NCBI GenBank assembly: GCA_965197475.1
Contig: CBDANF010000003.1
Coordinates: forward strand, 3,296,001-3,360,000
From: Candidatus Poribacteria bacterium
GTDB taxonomy: Bacteria; Poribacteria; WGA-4E; WGA-3G
Length of the DNA: 64,000 nucleotides
Reading direction: 5' to 3'
Position numbers and translations under genes: made by a program. Below, in pieces: positions 50,604-60,184 of the stretch (the stretch's first letter is position 1; each line of letters begins with the position of its first letter). The notes below the pieces were generated by a model that ran no database searches, was not told the DNA's origin, and worked only from the letters and a program-made list of their open reading frames with translations.

Positions 50604-52475
50604 ATGCAAAAAGGAACAGAACAGACAGGAAAATGGTGGCGAGCTGCGAAGGAAGGGATACGCGCCTACGCACGCACTTTTGGTATCATTTGGAAGAGTG
50701 GTGCGCTAATCCTCTTGTTCCTGTTGATCATCACACTCATAATGGGGGTTCTGCCTGCTGGCGAGTTCTTCGTGATTGAGCATTTGGTCAATGCTATTAC
50801 CGACGCGATCGGTGATCCAAAATGGTGGCAACAAGTGGTCCCCTGGTTACTCGGAATGGTAGGTCTCCAACTTTTTAGACTTTTTGTGAGCCATTTAAAA
50901 GAACCACTGAGTACCCACCTCAGAGAAAAAATAGAAGTGATGATTAACGAAGGGATCGCCCGCAAAGCAGATGCTACTGAATTGGTGGAATTACAGACAG
51001 GAGAATTTCAGAACACGTTGGCACGTGCGCGTTCCATTTCGGGTCTCAATTTTGATGAAGTTCTATGGAATCTCGTTGAGAGCCTTCAAGACTTAATTAG
51101 TGTGGTGACACTTGGTATTGTGCTCTGGAATTATCATCCATTGCTGACGTTTCTGCCCGCGTTTTCGGGCATTGTTTCTTGGTGGAGTCGTTTGCGTTTT
51201 GCAGCAGATCATTACATTTTCATGGTCGGACATACGCCGCATGAGCGAGAACGGGGCGCATTGGAAGGGCTTCTGACGGATCGCGGTGCTGGCAAGGAAG
51301 TTCGGTTATACCAAACGCAGGAGATTTGGATTGCGCGGTGGCAAAAGTTGTGGGATATGTTGATACAAGGGAAAGGCGCAATTGAAAGGCGTAAGTTCTT
51401 CGCACATCTTTCCCTCGACATTCTACGAGGTGTTTTGTATGCGGGGTCCCTTATTTTTCTGTTGCAGCCTGTCTTCCGTGGAGGACTAACGCTCGGCACC
51501 TATATTGCCGCCGCCGCCGCTACGCTTCAATTGGAGGGTCTCTGGAACAGCATCGCCATGTATTTTAATTGGATAGCAGATGATATGCGCCGATTATCCG
51601 GTGATTTGTATCCATTTTTAGACAAAGAATTAGACACCGCGTCGCAGAAAGATGATTTATCAACATCAAAAGGGAAAGTTCCATCTGCTGTGGAACCTCA
51701 GTCTGACATTGCTTCAACACATTTTCCGGCAACACAAGGTATTGTGTTAGAGAATGTTTCGTTCTTCTATCCCAATGCCCGAGAATCGGCATTGAATAAC
51801 ATAACGTTGACATTCAAAGTCGGTGAACGCGTCGCACTCGTTGGACCTAACGGGGCAGGGAAAACTACATTAGCTCGATTATTGCTCGGGCTCTACCGTC
51901 CGCACACCGGCATCATTCGTATAGGAGATGTGCCATTAGATACAGAAAATCGTCCCGATTGGATGAAACATTGTAGTGCGGTGTTTCAGGATTTCACGAA
52001 GTATCATCTCACTGTAAACGAGAATATTGTCTTTGGGGATATAGAACATCCGGATCGGATGGAGGTGGCTGCTGCATCCGGTGGTGCTGTTTCGGTTATT
52101 GACGGGCTTTCGGATGGGTATGACACAATGCTCGGACCCACATTCGGTGGACGCGACCTTTCTGGTGGCGAATGGCAGCGGATCGCGACTGCCCGAAGTT
52201 TTATGCGGGAAACGCCGTGGATCGTCGTGCTTGATGAACCTACCGCCGCACTTGACCCGTTAGCGGAACAAGCGGTTTATGAACAATTTATTGAACGCGG
52301 TGTCGGGCGGGCATCGGTATTGATTTCGCACCGTTTATCTTCGGTACGCACCTGCGATCGGATTCTTGTGCTTGATAACGGCACCATTGTTGAGGATGGC
52401 AGCCATGTGACGTTATTGGAAAATGATGGGCTGTATGCCCGGCTTTTTAATGCGCAAGCACAATGGTACGTTTAA
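50604..52475 (+). CDS. ABC exporter ATP-binding/permease protein
   Basis: TM helices; KEVRLY; GPNGAGKT, LSGGEWQR, LDEPTAALD, ISHR. Confidence 0.93.
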   Translation: MQKGTEQTGKWWRAAKEGIRAYARTFGIIWKSGALILLFLLIITLIMGVLPAGEFFVIEHLVNAITDAIGDPKWWQQVVPWLLGMVGLQLFRLFVSHLKEPLSTHLREKIEVMINEGIARKADATELVELQTGEFQNTLARARSISGLNFDEVLWNLVESLQDLISVVTLGIVLWNYHPLLTFLPAFSGIVSWWSRLRFAADHYIFMVGHTPHERERGALEGLLTDRGAGKEVRLYQTQEIWIARWQKLWDMLIQGKGAIERRKFFAHLSLDILRGVLYAGSLIFLLQPVFRGGLTLGTYIAAAAATLQLEGLWNSIAMYFNWIADDMRRLSGDLYPFLDKELDTASQKDDLSTSKGKVPSAVEPQSDIASTHFPATQGIVLENVSFFYPNARESALNNITLTFKVGERVALVGPNGAGKTTLARLLLGLYRPHTGIIRIGDVPLDTENRPDWMKHCSAVFQDFTKYHLTVNENIVFGDIEHPDRMEVAAASGGAVSVIDGLSDGYDTMLGPTFGGRDLSGGEWQRIATARSFMRETPWIVVLDEPTAALDPLAEQAVYEQFIERGVGRASVLISHRLSSVRTCDRILVLDNGTIVEDGSHVTLLENDGLYARLFNAQAQWYV

Positions 52476-52657
52476 GGCATTGATTCACTGGTCACGACTG
52501 TATACACGCGCCTGTCTGAATCGCGGATTTCTTAAGAAGAACGCGTTTGTAGTCGCGCAATTCATTGCGCCTGTTTTTAACACTTTTTTAGGTATTTTCT
52601 TACGCATTTAGATTATGAAAACTGATAACTGAATGGTTTCTGGGAAAAGTAGGCTAA

Positions 52658-52937
52658 TACCATTTCTAAGAGATTGTATTGCATTATTTCGTCCGTCGGG
52701 TAGAGCTTGCGATACCCTTATGCGTCAATTTTAGTGTTATGCGGTGGAAAAATGGACACCTGTCGCCCCTCTGGGGCTTGGTAAACACAGACATCAGCTG
52801 CTGGACACCTCATGCAGCATGCCATACGCGCATGCTGCATCTCCGAGGCTATAGTCAATCGTATCTGAGCACCAGCGGTGCGAAAGGTGTATGGTATAAA
52901 ACAAGCTATTATGATATGTTGTCAATTAGATATGGTA
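52658..52937. mobile_element. MITE family C (280 bp)
   Basis: Same termini and TAA flanks as 27242-27571; lacks that copy's ~50-bp internal duplication. Confidence 0.85.
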
Positions 52938-53038
52938 TAACATTCGGAAAATGGTATAATTTCTTAGCCTTTAAAACCCTGAGCAGATAAAAGTTGAACA
53001 TCCAACCTAAACGCATTGTAAAAGGAGATAGCATTCAG

Positions 53039-53881
53039 ATGGCTAATAACCAAATTAAAGTCGCAGCGTGCCAACTGCTTACAAGTAAAGATGTCCATGC
53101 AAGCACTACAAAAGTACTACAGCAAATTGAAGCGTGTGCAGAAAACAATATCCAGATTGTAGCATTTCCTGAGGGATGTCTATTCGGTTACTGCTGTGAT
53201 ACTGATTATTGGGAACAGGTGTCGCCACAGGTATTTAAGGAGGCGGAGGCAAAAATCGCTGAAGCCGCACACCGCTACAAAATGGCAGTAATCATTGGTT
53301 CTGCACATCACGATGGCGAAAATTGGCACAACGACTTAGCCATATTTGATCAGCAAGGTAGCCTTAAATACCGTTATGGGAAGACGTTCCTTGCTGGGGA
53401 GAAGTGGTGTGCGAATAATCGCGGTAAACTGCCAATTGTGCAGTTAGCAGATGTTGCATGTTGCTTTATCATCTGCCACGATGTTCGCTATCCTGAACTC
53501 GTGAAACTGCCTGCTGCGATGGGGGCGCAAATCTGCTTCTTTTGCTCTTGTGAATCGGGATTGCTATCCGAACATAAACTCTCTGCCTATCGTGCTATGC
53601 CGATTTCGCGCGCAACGGAAAACGGGATTTATCTTGTGATGGCAAACACACCCGCGAATCCAGATGATCTAAAGGCTACAGGGTCGTCACATGGCAACTC
53701 CAAAATTGTTCATCCGAACGGTAATGTACTCAAAGAAGCAGGATTTTTCGGTGATGAAATCGTTTCAGCTACAATTGATCTTTCACAAGCAACAGGTTCG
53801 CAGGCAAAACGCACTTACAATGAAAATACGATTTTTCGGGAGTGGTTTCAGCAGGGATGTGGGTTTGTAGTAAAGGTCTAA
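53039..53881 (+). CDS. Carbon-nitrogen hydrolase (nitrilase superfamily)
   Basis: AAGGAG RBS; FPEG, YGKTFL, ICHDVRYPE, RATENG. Confidence 0.92.
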   Translation: MANNQIKVAACQLLTSKDVHASTTKVLQQIEACAENNIQIVAFPEGCLFGYCCDTDYWEQVSPQVFKEAEAKIAEAAHRYKMAVIIGSAHHDGENWHNDLAIFDQQGSLKYRYGKTFLAGEKWCANNRGKLPIVQLADVACCFIICHDVRYPELVKLPAAMGAQICFFCSCESGLLSEHKLSAYRAMPISRATENGIYLVMANTPANPDDLKATGSSHGNSKIVHPNGNVLKEAGFFGDEIVSATIDLSQATGSQAKRTYNENTIFREWFQQGCGFVVKV

Positions 53882-53894
53882 AGACTTTTGAGAA

Positions 53895-55331
53895 CTACCG
53901 CTCTCTGTCAGACACAAGCAGATCATACGAATTGCTCTGCCATCCACCTTCTATAACGATATTATCTCTTGTTTCACGTAACCGTTTGACCATACGTTCT
54001 TTCATGCGGCGAAGTACGTGTTTGTATCCGAGATGTGTTGCGAGATTGTGAAGTTCATACGGGTCGCTCTGCATATCGTAGAGTTCGTCTTCACTGTATG
54101 GATTGTAGACGTATTTCCACGAATCGGTGCGTACCATTCGCACAGTTGCAAGCGTTGCTTCGTATCCATGAAATTCAGCAAAAACATCATTCGGCCAATC
54201 TGATACCGTTTCGCCTCTGAGTAGTGGCACAATAGACCTCCCATCAAGATTGTCAGGTATTGTTGCACGACCAATTTCCAAAAATGTCGGCATAAGGTCA
54301 ACAAGGTTCACAAATTCATTACAGGTCGTTCCAGGTGAAGTTACTCCAGGCCACCGAATCACAAGTGGAATGTGATGTGTCTCCTCGTACATGTGAAATC
54401 CCTTGTTGAAAAGTCGATGGCTACCGAGCATGTCACCGTGGTCAGTTGAAAAGATGAGGATAGTGTTTTCTGCCAAACCGTTTTCTTCAAGGCAACCAAT
54501 TATTCGTTGAACTTGGTCGTCAATGAAGGTGCAAAATCCCCAATACGCAGCAATAACTTTCTGCCAATCCTGCCATGTCAAATGACTGGAGTTCCATCGG
54601 AGCATCTCTTTTTGCTGGATAAGCGGTTTGTTGATGAACTGTTCATCAAAGTTGCCCCAACGTTCGACAGAATCTGGGTCGTACATCGTATCGTAAGGCT
54701 CTGGAACAGCATAAGGAAAATGTGGTCCGAAGAAATTGGCGGCAATCATAAACGGTTGATCAGAATTGGTATAGTTGTTGATTAATTCAATCGTTTTATC
54801 TGCTGTCCACGCCTCCATCGTTCGTTCAGCAGGGAGTGGAAGCCTCCCGTAGAAAGGTGCTTCTCCTCCCCATTCAAAAGGTTGCACCGCATCTCGGTCA
54901 ATCCTAAAATCAATCCCATCATTTCGCAGCCACTGATGCCATTCGCTATACGGATGCCATTTGTCGTAGCCCCAGAACTCGGTATCACCTTGTTTTGCAA
55001 GATGCCATTTTCCGACGCACGCCACGTTATATCCAGCGGCTTTCAGTAGTTGTGGATATGCGGGTTTGTTGAGAATCTGATCTGAGAATACCGCGTTGAA
55101 ATTCCCCATGTTTGAGAGTTGCCCATGGTTATGCGGATAGAGTCCAGTGAGTAAAGACCCGCGTGCAGGTGAGCAAAGTGCTATCGGTGTATACGCTTTT
55201 GTGAAACGCATGCCTGTTGCAGCGATGATGTCTACTGCAGACGTTTTGCAAACGGGGGCACCGTTGCAACCCAACGAATCAAAACGTTGCTGATCGGTAA
55301 GTAAAAATAAGATATTGGGTTGTTGTGACAT
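53895..55331 (-). CDS. Sulfatase (formylglycine-dependent, S1)
   Basis: PNILFLLTDQQR, CSPARGSLLTG (CxPxR), GKWH, PHFPY, TDHG. Confidence 0.95.
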   Translation of the reverse strand: MSQQPNILFLLTDQQRFDSLGCNGAPVCKTSAVDIIAATGMRFTKAYTPIALCSPARGSLLTGLYPHNHGQLSNMGNFNAVFSDQILNKPAYPQLLKAAGYNVACVGKWHLAKQGDTEFWGYDKWHPYSEWHQWLRNDGIDFRIDRDAVQPFEWGGEAPFYGRLPLPAERTMEAWTADKTIELINNYTNSDQPFMIAANFFGPHFPYAVPEPYDTMYDPDSVERWGNFDEQFINKPLIQQKEMLRWNSSHLTWQDWQKVIAAYWGFCTFIDDQVQRIIGCLEENGLAENTILIFSTDHGDMLGSHRLFNKGFHMYEETHHIPLVIRWPGVTSPGTTCNEFVNLVDLMPTFLEIGRATIPDNLDGRSIVPLLRGETVSDWPNDVFAEFHGYEATLATVRMVRTDSWKYVYNPYSEDELYDMQSDPYELHNLATHLGYKHVLRRMKERMVKRLRETRDNIVIEGGWQSNSYDLLVSDRER

Positions 55332-55343
55332 AGTGAATCCTTT

Positions 55344-55925
55344 TTATGTTGAGTGAGATGAATAATTTACCTGCATATTATCCGCTATTGATGTCCACCA
55401 TGTATCGTCTGCGTTGACGCGTAAGACATGCGTATTGCGCGGTGCATCATTCGCTCTTAAACTCTTTTCGATTATCTGTGTATCTGCATTATGTTCAAGG
55501 AATTCAGCAATTGTATATTCCAACCGTTCAGGAGAGCGAATTGCGATAATGTTGATTATCTCAGTTAATTCTAAATCCAACAAAAAATCGATGTTCCAGA
55601 ACAATTTTTTACCGCTTTTTGGTAGTGGGTCGGGCGGTCCCAAACCGCATTCAAGGAATTGTTTTACCATTTCTTCTCTGATAGCGTGTGGCGGTTTATC
55701 ACTGCTTCGCGTTGCGTGTCGAACAAGTCGGCGGGCGAGTGAGGTAGCACCTTTTTCTGAAAGCGCAGAACCTACATAAGTATAGTCGCCCGCGGGTAAT
55801 GAAATTAGTTTACCTTTCTTAAATCGTCCGAATTGTAATTCGGTATCTTCTTTAAGTCGAATTCGCAATATATATGTTCCTGCTTGTGAATTTTCTCCGA
55901 TAATAAAAATGTTTGGAATTTTCAC
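55344..55925 (-). CDS. DUF123 / GIY-YIG-like nuclease family protein
   Basis: GGAGG RBS, GTG 55925; GTYILRIRL...G.YTYVGSA...RLVRH...FWNIDFLL. Confidence 0.75.
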   Translation of the reverse strand: MKIPNIFIIGENSQAGTYILRIRLKEDTELQFGRFKKGKLISLPAGDYTYVGSALSEKGATSLARRLVRHATRSSDKPPHAIREEMVKQFLECGLGPPDPLPKSGKKLFWNIDFLLDLELTEIINIIAIRSPERLEYTIAEFLEHNADTQIIEKSLRANDAPRNTHVLRVNADDTWWTSIADNMQVNYSSHST

Positions 55926-56116
55926 TGTCCCTCCAATACGCTTCTGTGTAAGTTTAATCTCATGTAATACATTTTTGATCCACTGTGAGTATAACGTTTC
56001 TAGGGTGTGTAAAGTTTTTGGCATAAAAATGAATTGAGTGGGCCTTGCGAAGTATTTATAAAAATGGTATCCTCACCTAATAAACTATATACTCATATAG
56101 GAGGATACCAATGTTT

Positions 56117-56145
56117 AGTATATCATCAAAAAGTTGTGAAGTCAA
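56117..56145 (-). promoter_or_regulatory. sigma70 promoter for the DUF123-sulfatase genes
   Basis: TTGACT-17-TATACT with TGn; followed by inverted repeat TGGTATCCTC/GAGGATACCA. Confidence 0.55.
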
Positions 56146-56531
56146 TGAACATAAAGAACAGGCAGGGCTATTTAGTTCTCCGAATATTTAGATTTTCAAT
56201 TTAAGACTTTCCGCTGTCCGAGCGATCTCCGAATCGCGACTTTTCGGATAAACTGGACAAAAAGTCTAAAACTAAACGGAATAAGTAGTTTCGGACATTA
56301 GATTTCTCATTTTTTTCTCCACTTTTTTCAAAATTCCCACCTTTAACTTGACATTCCCCTTCTTAAAATTGTAGAATTCTTAACAGACCAAACTATAACA
56401 CCATTGGACTATGGGTATCCCATATCTAATGTAAGTTAGGTGTTATGGTTTGGTCACCAGGGATGCCCACTTCTTTTGTGGAGAAGTTGGGATTTACTGG
56501 ATGACCAAACCTACAATTTAAGGGGTACAAT

Positions 56532-56819
56532 ATGATAATTTTCAGTGTCTTTGTTATCATCGTAGTATTTTTTATGGTAACACATCTTCGAGCTGACAAA
56601 GAAAAGATGGATCAATCAAGCGATGAACATACTAAAAAGATGTGGAAAATGTATGTTAATGCTATTGAAAACGAACATTTCCTGTATCCACTCACTTCAG
56701 ATTTAAGAAATTGGGTTCTTTCCAATCAAGAATTCGGGTGGACTACCCTCGACACTTCAATGCCAAAAGAAATCCGACATCAGTTTGGCGTGTTTATAAT
56801 CGAACATGCCAACAAATAG
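56532..56819 (+). CDS. Small membrane-anchored hypothetical passenger protein
   Basis: AAGGGG RBS; hydrophobic N-terminus MIIFSVFVIIVVFFMV. Confidence 0.6.
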   Translation: MIIFSVFVIIVVFFMVTHLRADKEKMDQSSDEHTKKMWKMYVNAIENEHFLYPLTSDLRNWVLSNQEFGWTTLDTSMPKEIRHQFGVFIIEHANK

Positions 56820-56830
56820 GGAAGAAAACC

Positions 56831-57115
56831 ATGAAATCCACCAGACAAGCAGCTGAGTTAATCCGACTTAGCCTCAATGAATTCAGAACAGGTAATTTTG
56901 TTGATGCCCTCGCTTATGTAGAAACAGCATTAGAAATTAACCCCAAAGATGTCCGTGCCTTACAGATTCGACCACTTTGTAAATGCTGTTTGATCGTTGA
57001 AAGCGGTGCAATTCCACCAAATCTCCAAACTGATATACAAAATATCATCTCAGATTTAAAAGTATCAATAGAAACTTTAGACGATATGATTAGGGTTGCT
57101 CGGACGAACACTTAA
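56831..57115 (+). CDS. Small TPR-like passenger protein (94 aa)
   Basis: ATG 56831; GNFVDALAYVETALEINPKD is a TPR-like motif. Confidence 0.6.
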   Translation: MKSTRQAAELIRLSLNEFRTGNFVDALAYVETALEINPKDVRALQIRPLCKCCLIVESGAIPPNLQTDIQNIISDLKVSIETLDDMIRVARTNT

Positions 57116-57257
57116 TTTTTTCGGATATATTCCCTAAATCTTCCATTCCATATTGCTTTAATTGGTTCAATAGGTCTACCATCTGTTTTTTTTTACAGGT
57201 AGGCGGGCCTTTTTGTTTCCACATTCTTGGCAGACTTGTTTTTCTTTAGTCATTTTT

Positions 57258-58160
57258 TCACCTCATACTTTCATTAACAAATTTCCAGAATATGCTATCC
57301 ACATTCCGGTAGTTATATTTATAGCAAGCCTCAGCCACATATAGCGGGATATACCCAGTAGAGTAGTGGTGATGCTGTCCATACCATGCGCGTTTCAACA
57401 ACGCCCAAAAACCTTCAATAGTGTTCGTGTGGGTATCCCCATCAGCGAACTGTTCTTTGTGATTGATAACCCGATGTTTTATCTGCTTTCCGATCTCATT
57501 GTAAGCAGCATATTCATCGGTTATCAGTTCGGATTCATCTATTTTGACAGCATCCCGAATAAACGCCAGGATACCCCTTCCCGTTAAATCATCAGCAAGT
57601 TTAGCTACTACCTTACCTCCACGCTCAACTGCGCCAAGAATAGCGGATTTTGATGTTCCCCTTCCTCTTTTGGCGGGTTCATCGTCCTCGCGCTTGTTCT
57701 TTTTCCGAGGTTTGCCTCCTATATAAGTCTCATCTGCCTCAATAATACCCTTCAGCAGAGTTTGACCTTTAGTAGCCATTTCAGCACGAATGCGTTGCAT
57801 CATAAACCAAGCCGTCTTCTGATTCAGGTCTAAATCACGACTCAACTGATAACTGGACAAGCTCTTCTTTGCGTTTCCCATTAGTGAAATAGCCAGAAAC
57901 CACTTTTGAAGTGCGATCTTAGCCCCGTGAAACACTGTGCCTTGAGTAACCTTGAAGGTTGCCTTACAACCATTACAATTCCAACGACCAATCCGACCAG
58001 TTGCCGTCTCATTACGCCTGAAAACATCGGTAATCCCACAATGTGGGCAATGAGGCTTACCTTTCCATCGTATCTTCTCAAGATACTCAATACAGGATGA
58101 CTGGTCTGGGAATCTCTCCATAACCTTGATTAAATCCATCAGAATACTCCTATATGTCAA
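57258..58160 (-). CDS. IS1595-family transposase
   Basis: RW...PHCPHCG..CNGCK..F.VT.GTVFH zinc ribbon; IEADETYIGG, KRGRG, LITDEY..Y, HTNTIEGFWALLKR. Confidence 0.95.
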   Translation of the reverse strand: MTYRSILMDLIKVMERFPDQSSCIEYLEKIRWKGKPHCPHCGITDVFRRNETATGRIGRWNCNGCKATFKVTQGTVFHGAKIALQKWFLAISLMGNAKKSLSSYQLSRDLDLNQKTAWFMMQRIRAEMATKGQTLLKGIIEADETYIGGKPRKKNKREDDEPAKRGRGTSKSAILGAVERGGKVVAKLADDLTGRGILAFIRDAVKIDESELITDEYAAYNEIGKQIKHRVINHKEQFADGDTHTNTIEGFWALLKRAWYGQHHHYSTGYIPLYVAEACYKYNYRNVDSIFWKFVNESMR

Positions 58161-58262
58161 AAGGAGTTGCTTTATTCTGAAAGATTGTGCTATACTATCT
58201 TAATATGATATAGATAAGATAGATGAAGTGCTACCGTTTATTCAGACCAAAATTTAGCAAAG

Positions 58263-59093
58263 TTAAGACAAGTTTTTTTGCTCAAATTCCACAGGTGTCA
58301 AATACCCTAACGCAGAGTGAGGGCGTTTGTGATTATACACTTGTGTAATAAAATGCCCAATGCGGGTTCTTGCTTCGTGGATGTCCTCATAGTCATTGAG
58401 ATGAACTTCTTCTTCCTTGAGCGTGTGGATAAGTCTTTCAGCATATCCGTTCTCCCAAGGACACCCTCTCCGGGCGACTGAAATCTCAATCCCATGATGC
58501 CTAAGCAGTGAGATGGACGCATTTGAAAGATATTGAACGCCTTGATCAGAATGATGGATCTCTGGGACACTTTGACATAATGCTGTCTCCAAGGGTTTCA
58601 ACGTCAGAGATTGCGTCAAGTGTTGACTGATATGCCACCCTCTGATCATGCGAGTGAAGACATCCATGAGCAGACAAACATAGATAAAGTGTCCTTTGAG
58701 GCGGACGTAGGTAATATCGCCCACCCAGACCTGATTACATCGGGAGACATCAAGGTTTTCAAGGCGATTGCTCCAGGGACGCACACCCGCAACGGATGTC
58801 GTGGTTTGACAGACACGCTTGACAGAAACCGAGAGGTTGGCGGACTTCATCAATCGGGCAACACGTTTATACCCGATGGTGTATCCGCTACGCACCAACA
58901 ACTGTGTGGGACGCCTATATCCGTATGTTGGATATAGCAAAGATAACGTCTCTATTTCATCCTGGAGGCCCGCTTCACACGGGGCCTGCTTGGAGTGATA
59001 ATAGAGGTTGCTTCGGTTGAAACCGAGTGTCTCACATATCTGCCGAACCGAAAAGTCTGTCCGTAATGCCGTAACCATTTCTCGCTGCTCCAT
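58263..59093 (-). CDS. IS3-family transposase OrfB (DDE integrase core)
   Basis: YGYRR, WVGDITYV, HHSDQGVQY, PWENGYAER..TLKEE, YNHKRPHSALGYLTP. Confidence 0.95.
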   Translation of the reverse strand: MEQREMVTALRTDFSVRQICETLGFNRSNLYYHSKQAPCEAGLQDEIETLSLLYPTYGYRRPTQLLVRSGYTIGYKRVARLMKSANLSVSVKRVCQTTTSVAGVRPWSNRLENLDVSRCNQVWVGDITYVRLKGHFIYVCLLMDVFTRMIRGWHISQHLTQSLTLKPLETALCQSVPEIHHSDQGVQYLSNASISLLRHHGIEISVARRGCPWENGYAERLIHTLKEEEVHLNDYEDIHEARTRIGHFITQVYNHKRPHSALGYLTPVEFEQKNLS

Positions 59094-59098
59094 CGAGG

Positions 59099-59389
59099 CT
59101 AACTCAAGTAAGTTGAGGCTTTTTTTTGGATGTCAAGTGCCAAGGTCAACCGCCCAACGAGTTGCTCAAGTTGGGCGATCCGCTCCGCAGAGGCATCAGA
59201 CTGTTTATCAGCGGGTTCAAAGAGGGTCGCCGCTTTTTCAAGAAGCTGTCGCTTCCACTTTGAAAGTTGTTCATCGCTGAGGTTATGTCGCCGACACACT
59301 TCTGCTTGGGAACTTTCAACGCTGAGAACCTCAAGAACAACTTCGGCTTTAAACTCGGGGGTGAAGTTTCTTCGTTTTCGTTTCGCCAT
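59099..59389 (-). CDS. IS3-family transposase OrfA with -1 frameshift site
   Basis: RRNFTPEFKAEVV HTH; A8G slippery run (59120-59127) followed by hairpin CTCAA-cttac-TTGAG. Confidence 0.92.
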   Translation of the reverse strand: MAKRKRRNFTPEFKAEVVLEVLSVESSQAEVCRRHNLSDEQLSKWKRQLLEKAATLFEPADKQSDASAERIAQLEQLVGRLTLALDIQKKASTYLS

Positions 59390-59505
59390 CGGATACTCCT
59401 TTCAAGGAGATGGATATTATACCATAATCTTGTCTTAGAGAGTGGCCCGAATTTCCGGTGGCAGTACATTTCCTCTTTTAACTCAAATAAAAGGAGGTGA
59501 TAGTT

Positions 59506-59628
59506 ATGTATAACCAAAATAATCAGTTCCTGCTCAACGAAATAAAAGCAGGACAAAACGTGATAGAATCGCGTTTAATTATGATGATTATTGAAAATTA
59601 TCTACTTAAGATTAAACACAATCTATAA
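59506..59628 (+). CDS. Putative 40-aa peptide
   Basis: Perfect SD AAGGAGGTGA; MYNQNNQFLLNEIKAGQNVIESRLIMMIIENYLLKIKHNL*. Confidence 0.45.
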   Translation: MYNQNNQFLLNEIKAGQNVIESRLIMMIIENYLLKIKHNL

Positions 59629-60184
59629 CCAATTCCCATCAAAAGAAATGGTCTAACAATTATCTTCCTCGTCAGGAAGCCCTTACGATGTCAGTCTATG
59701 TCTGATTTTATGCTGTTTTTCTTATGTCCAAAACTACTTATTCCGTAAATATATAGGCATTGACAGAAGCGATGCTTATATAAAAATGACGTGTGACAGA
59801 TTAGATAATCCTCGCAGTGAAATGCCTAAAATCCAAGAGGAACTCGCGTTGCATGTGGTGGATACATCCTTTAAGGAACGGAAAGCAAAAGGCAAGAATG
59901 TAGGGAAATTTCGCCCCACAGATGAAAATGACATTGAACAACTGCAACTACTAGAAACCCAAAATAAGAATAACGAATGAACCACCCACATCTCGGTGCC
60001 CTGGTTAAGTCACTTCTACTCAATTCATCATGCTGTTGAATTTGTTCGCAGCACGACCTAAAACTAATCAAAATATACAAAACTTTTTAGCTAATTGATA
60101 TACCATGTTAGTATTGTCTGTAGGTGCCCTAATGAATGAGGTGCCTGTTCACTCTCTCCACTATTCCTACATGGAGGTCTTTTA

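Larger units (their letters stand above)
58224..59468 (-). mobile_element. IS3-family insertion sequence
   Basis: TG...CA ends; imperfect TIR TGAAGTGCTACCGTTTATTCAGACCA / TGTACTGCCACCGGAAATTCGGGCCA. Confidence 0.9.
56277..59745 (-). mobile_element. IS1595-family element with passenger ORFs and a nested IS3
   Basis: 25-bp TIR CGGAATAAGTAGTTTYGGACATWAG at 56277 and, inverted, ending at 59745; TAAA on both flanks; encloses the IS1595 transposase. Confidence 0.78.

Noticed and set aside
57120-57253. Tiny CxxC-containing ORF (MTKEKQVCQECGNK...) after the IS1595 transposase
   Set aside because: Stops after 19 codons beside an A9 run; possibly a decayed passenger, but too short to support
59776-60080. 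Short ORFs between the IS1595 end and the TPR gene
   Set aside because: No RBS or recognisable motifs
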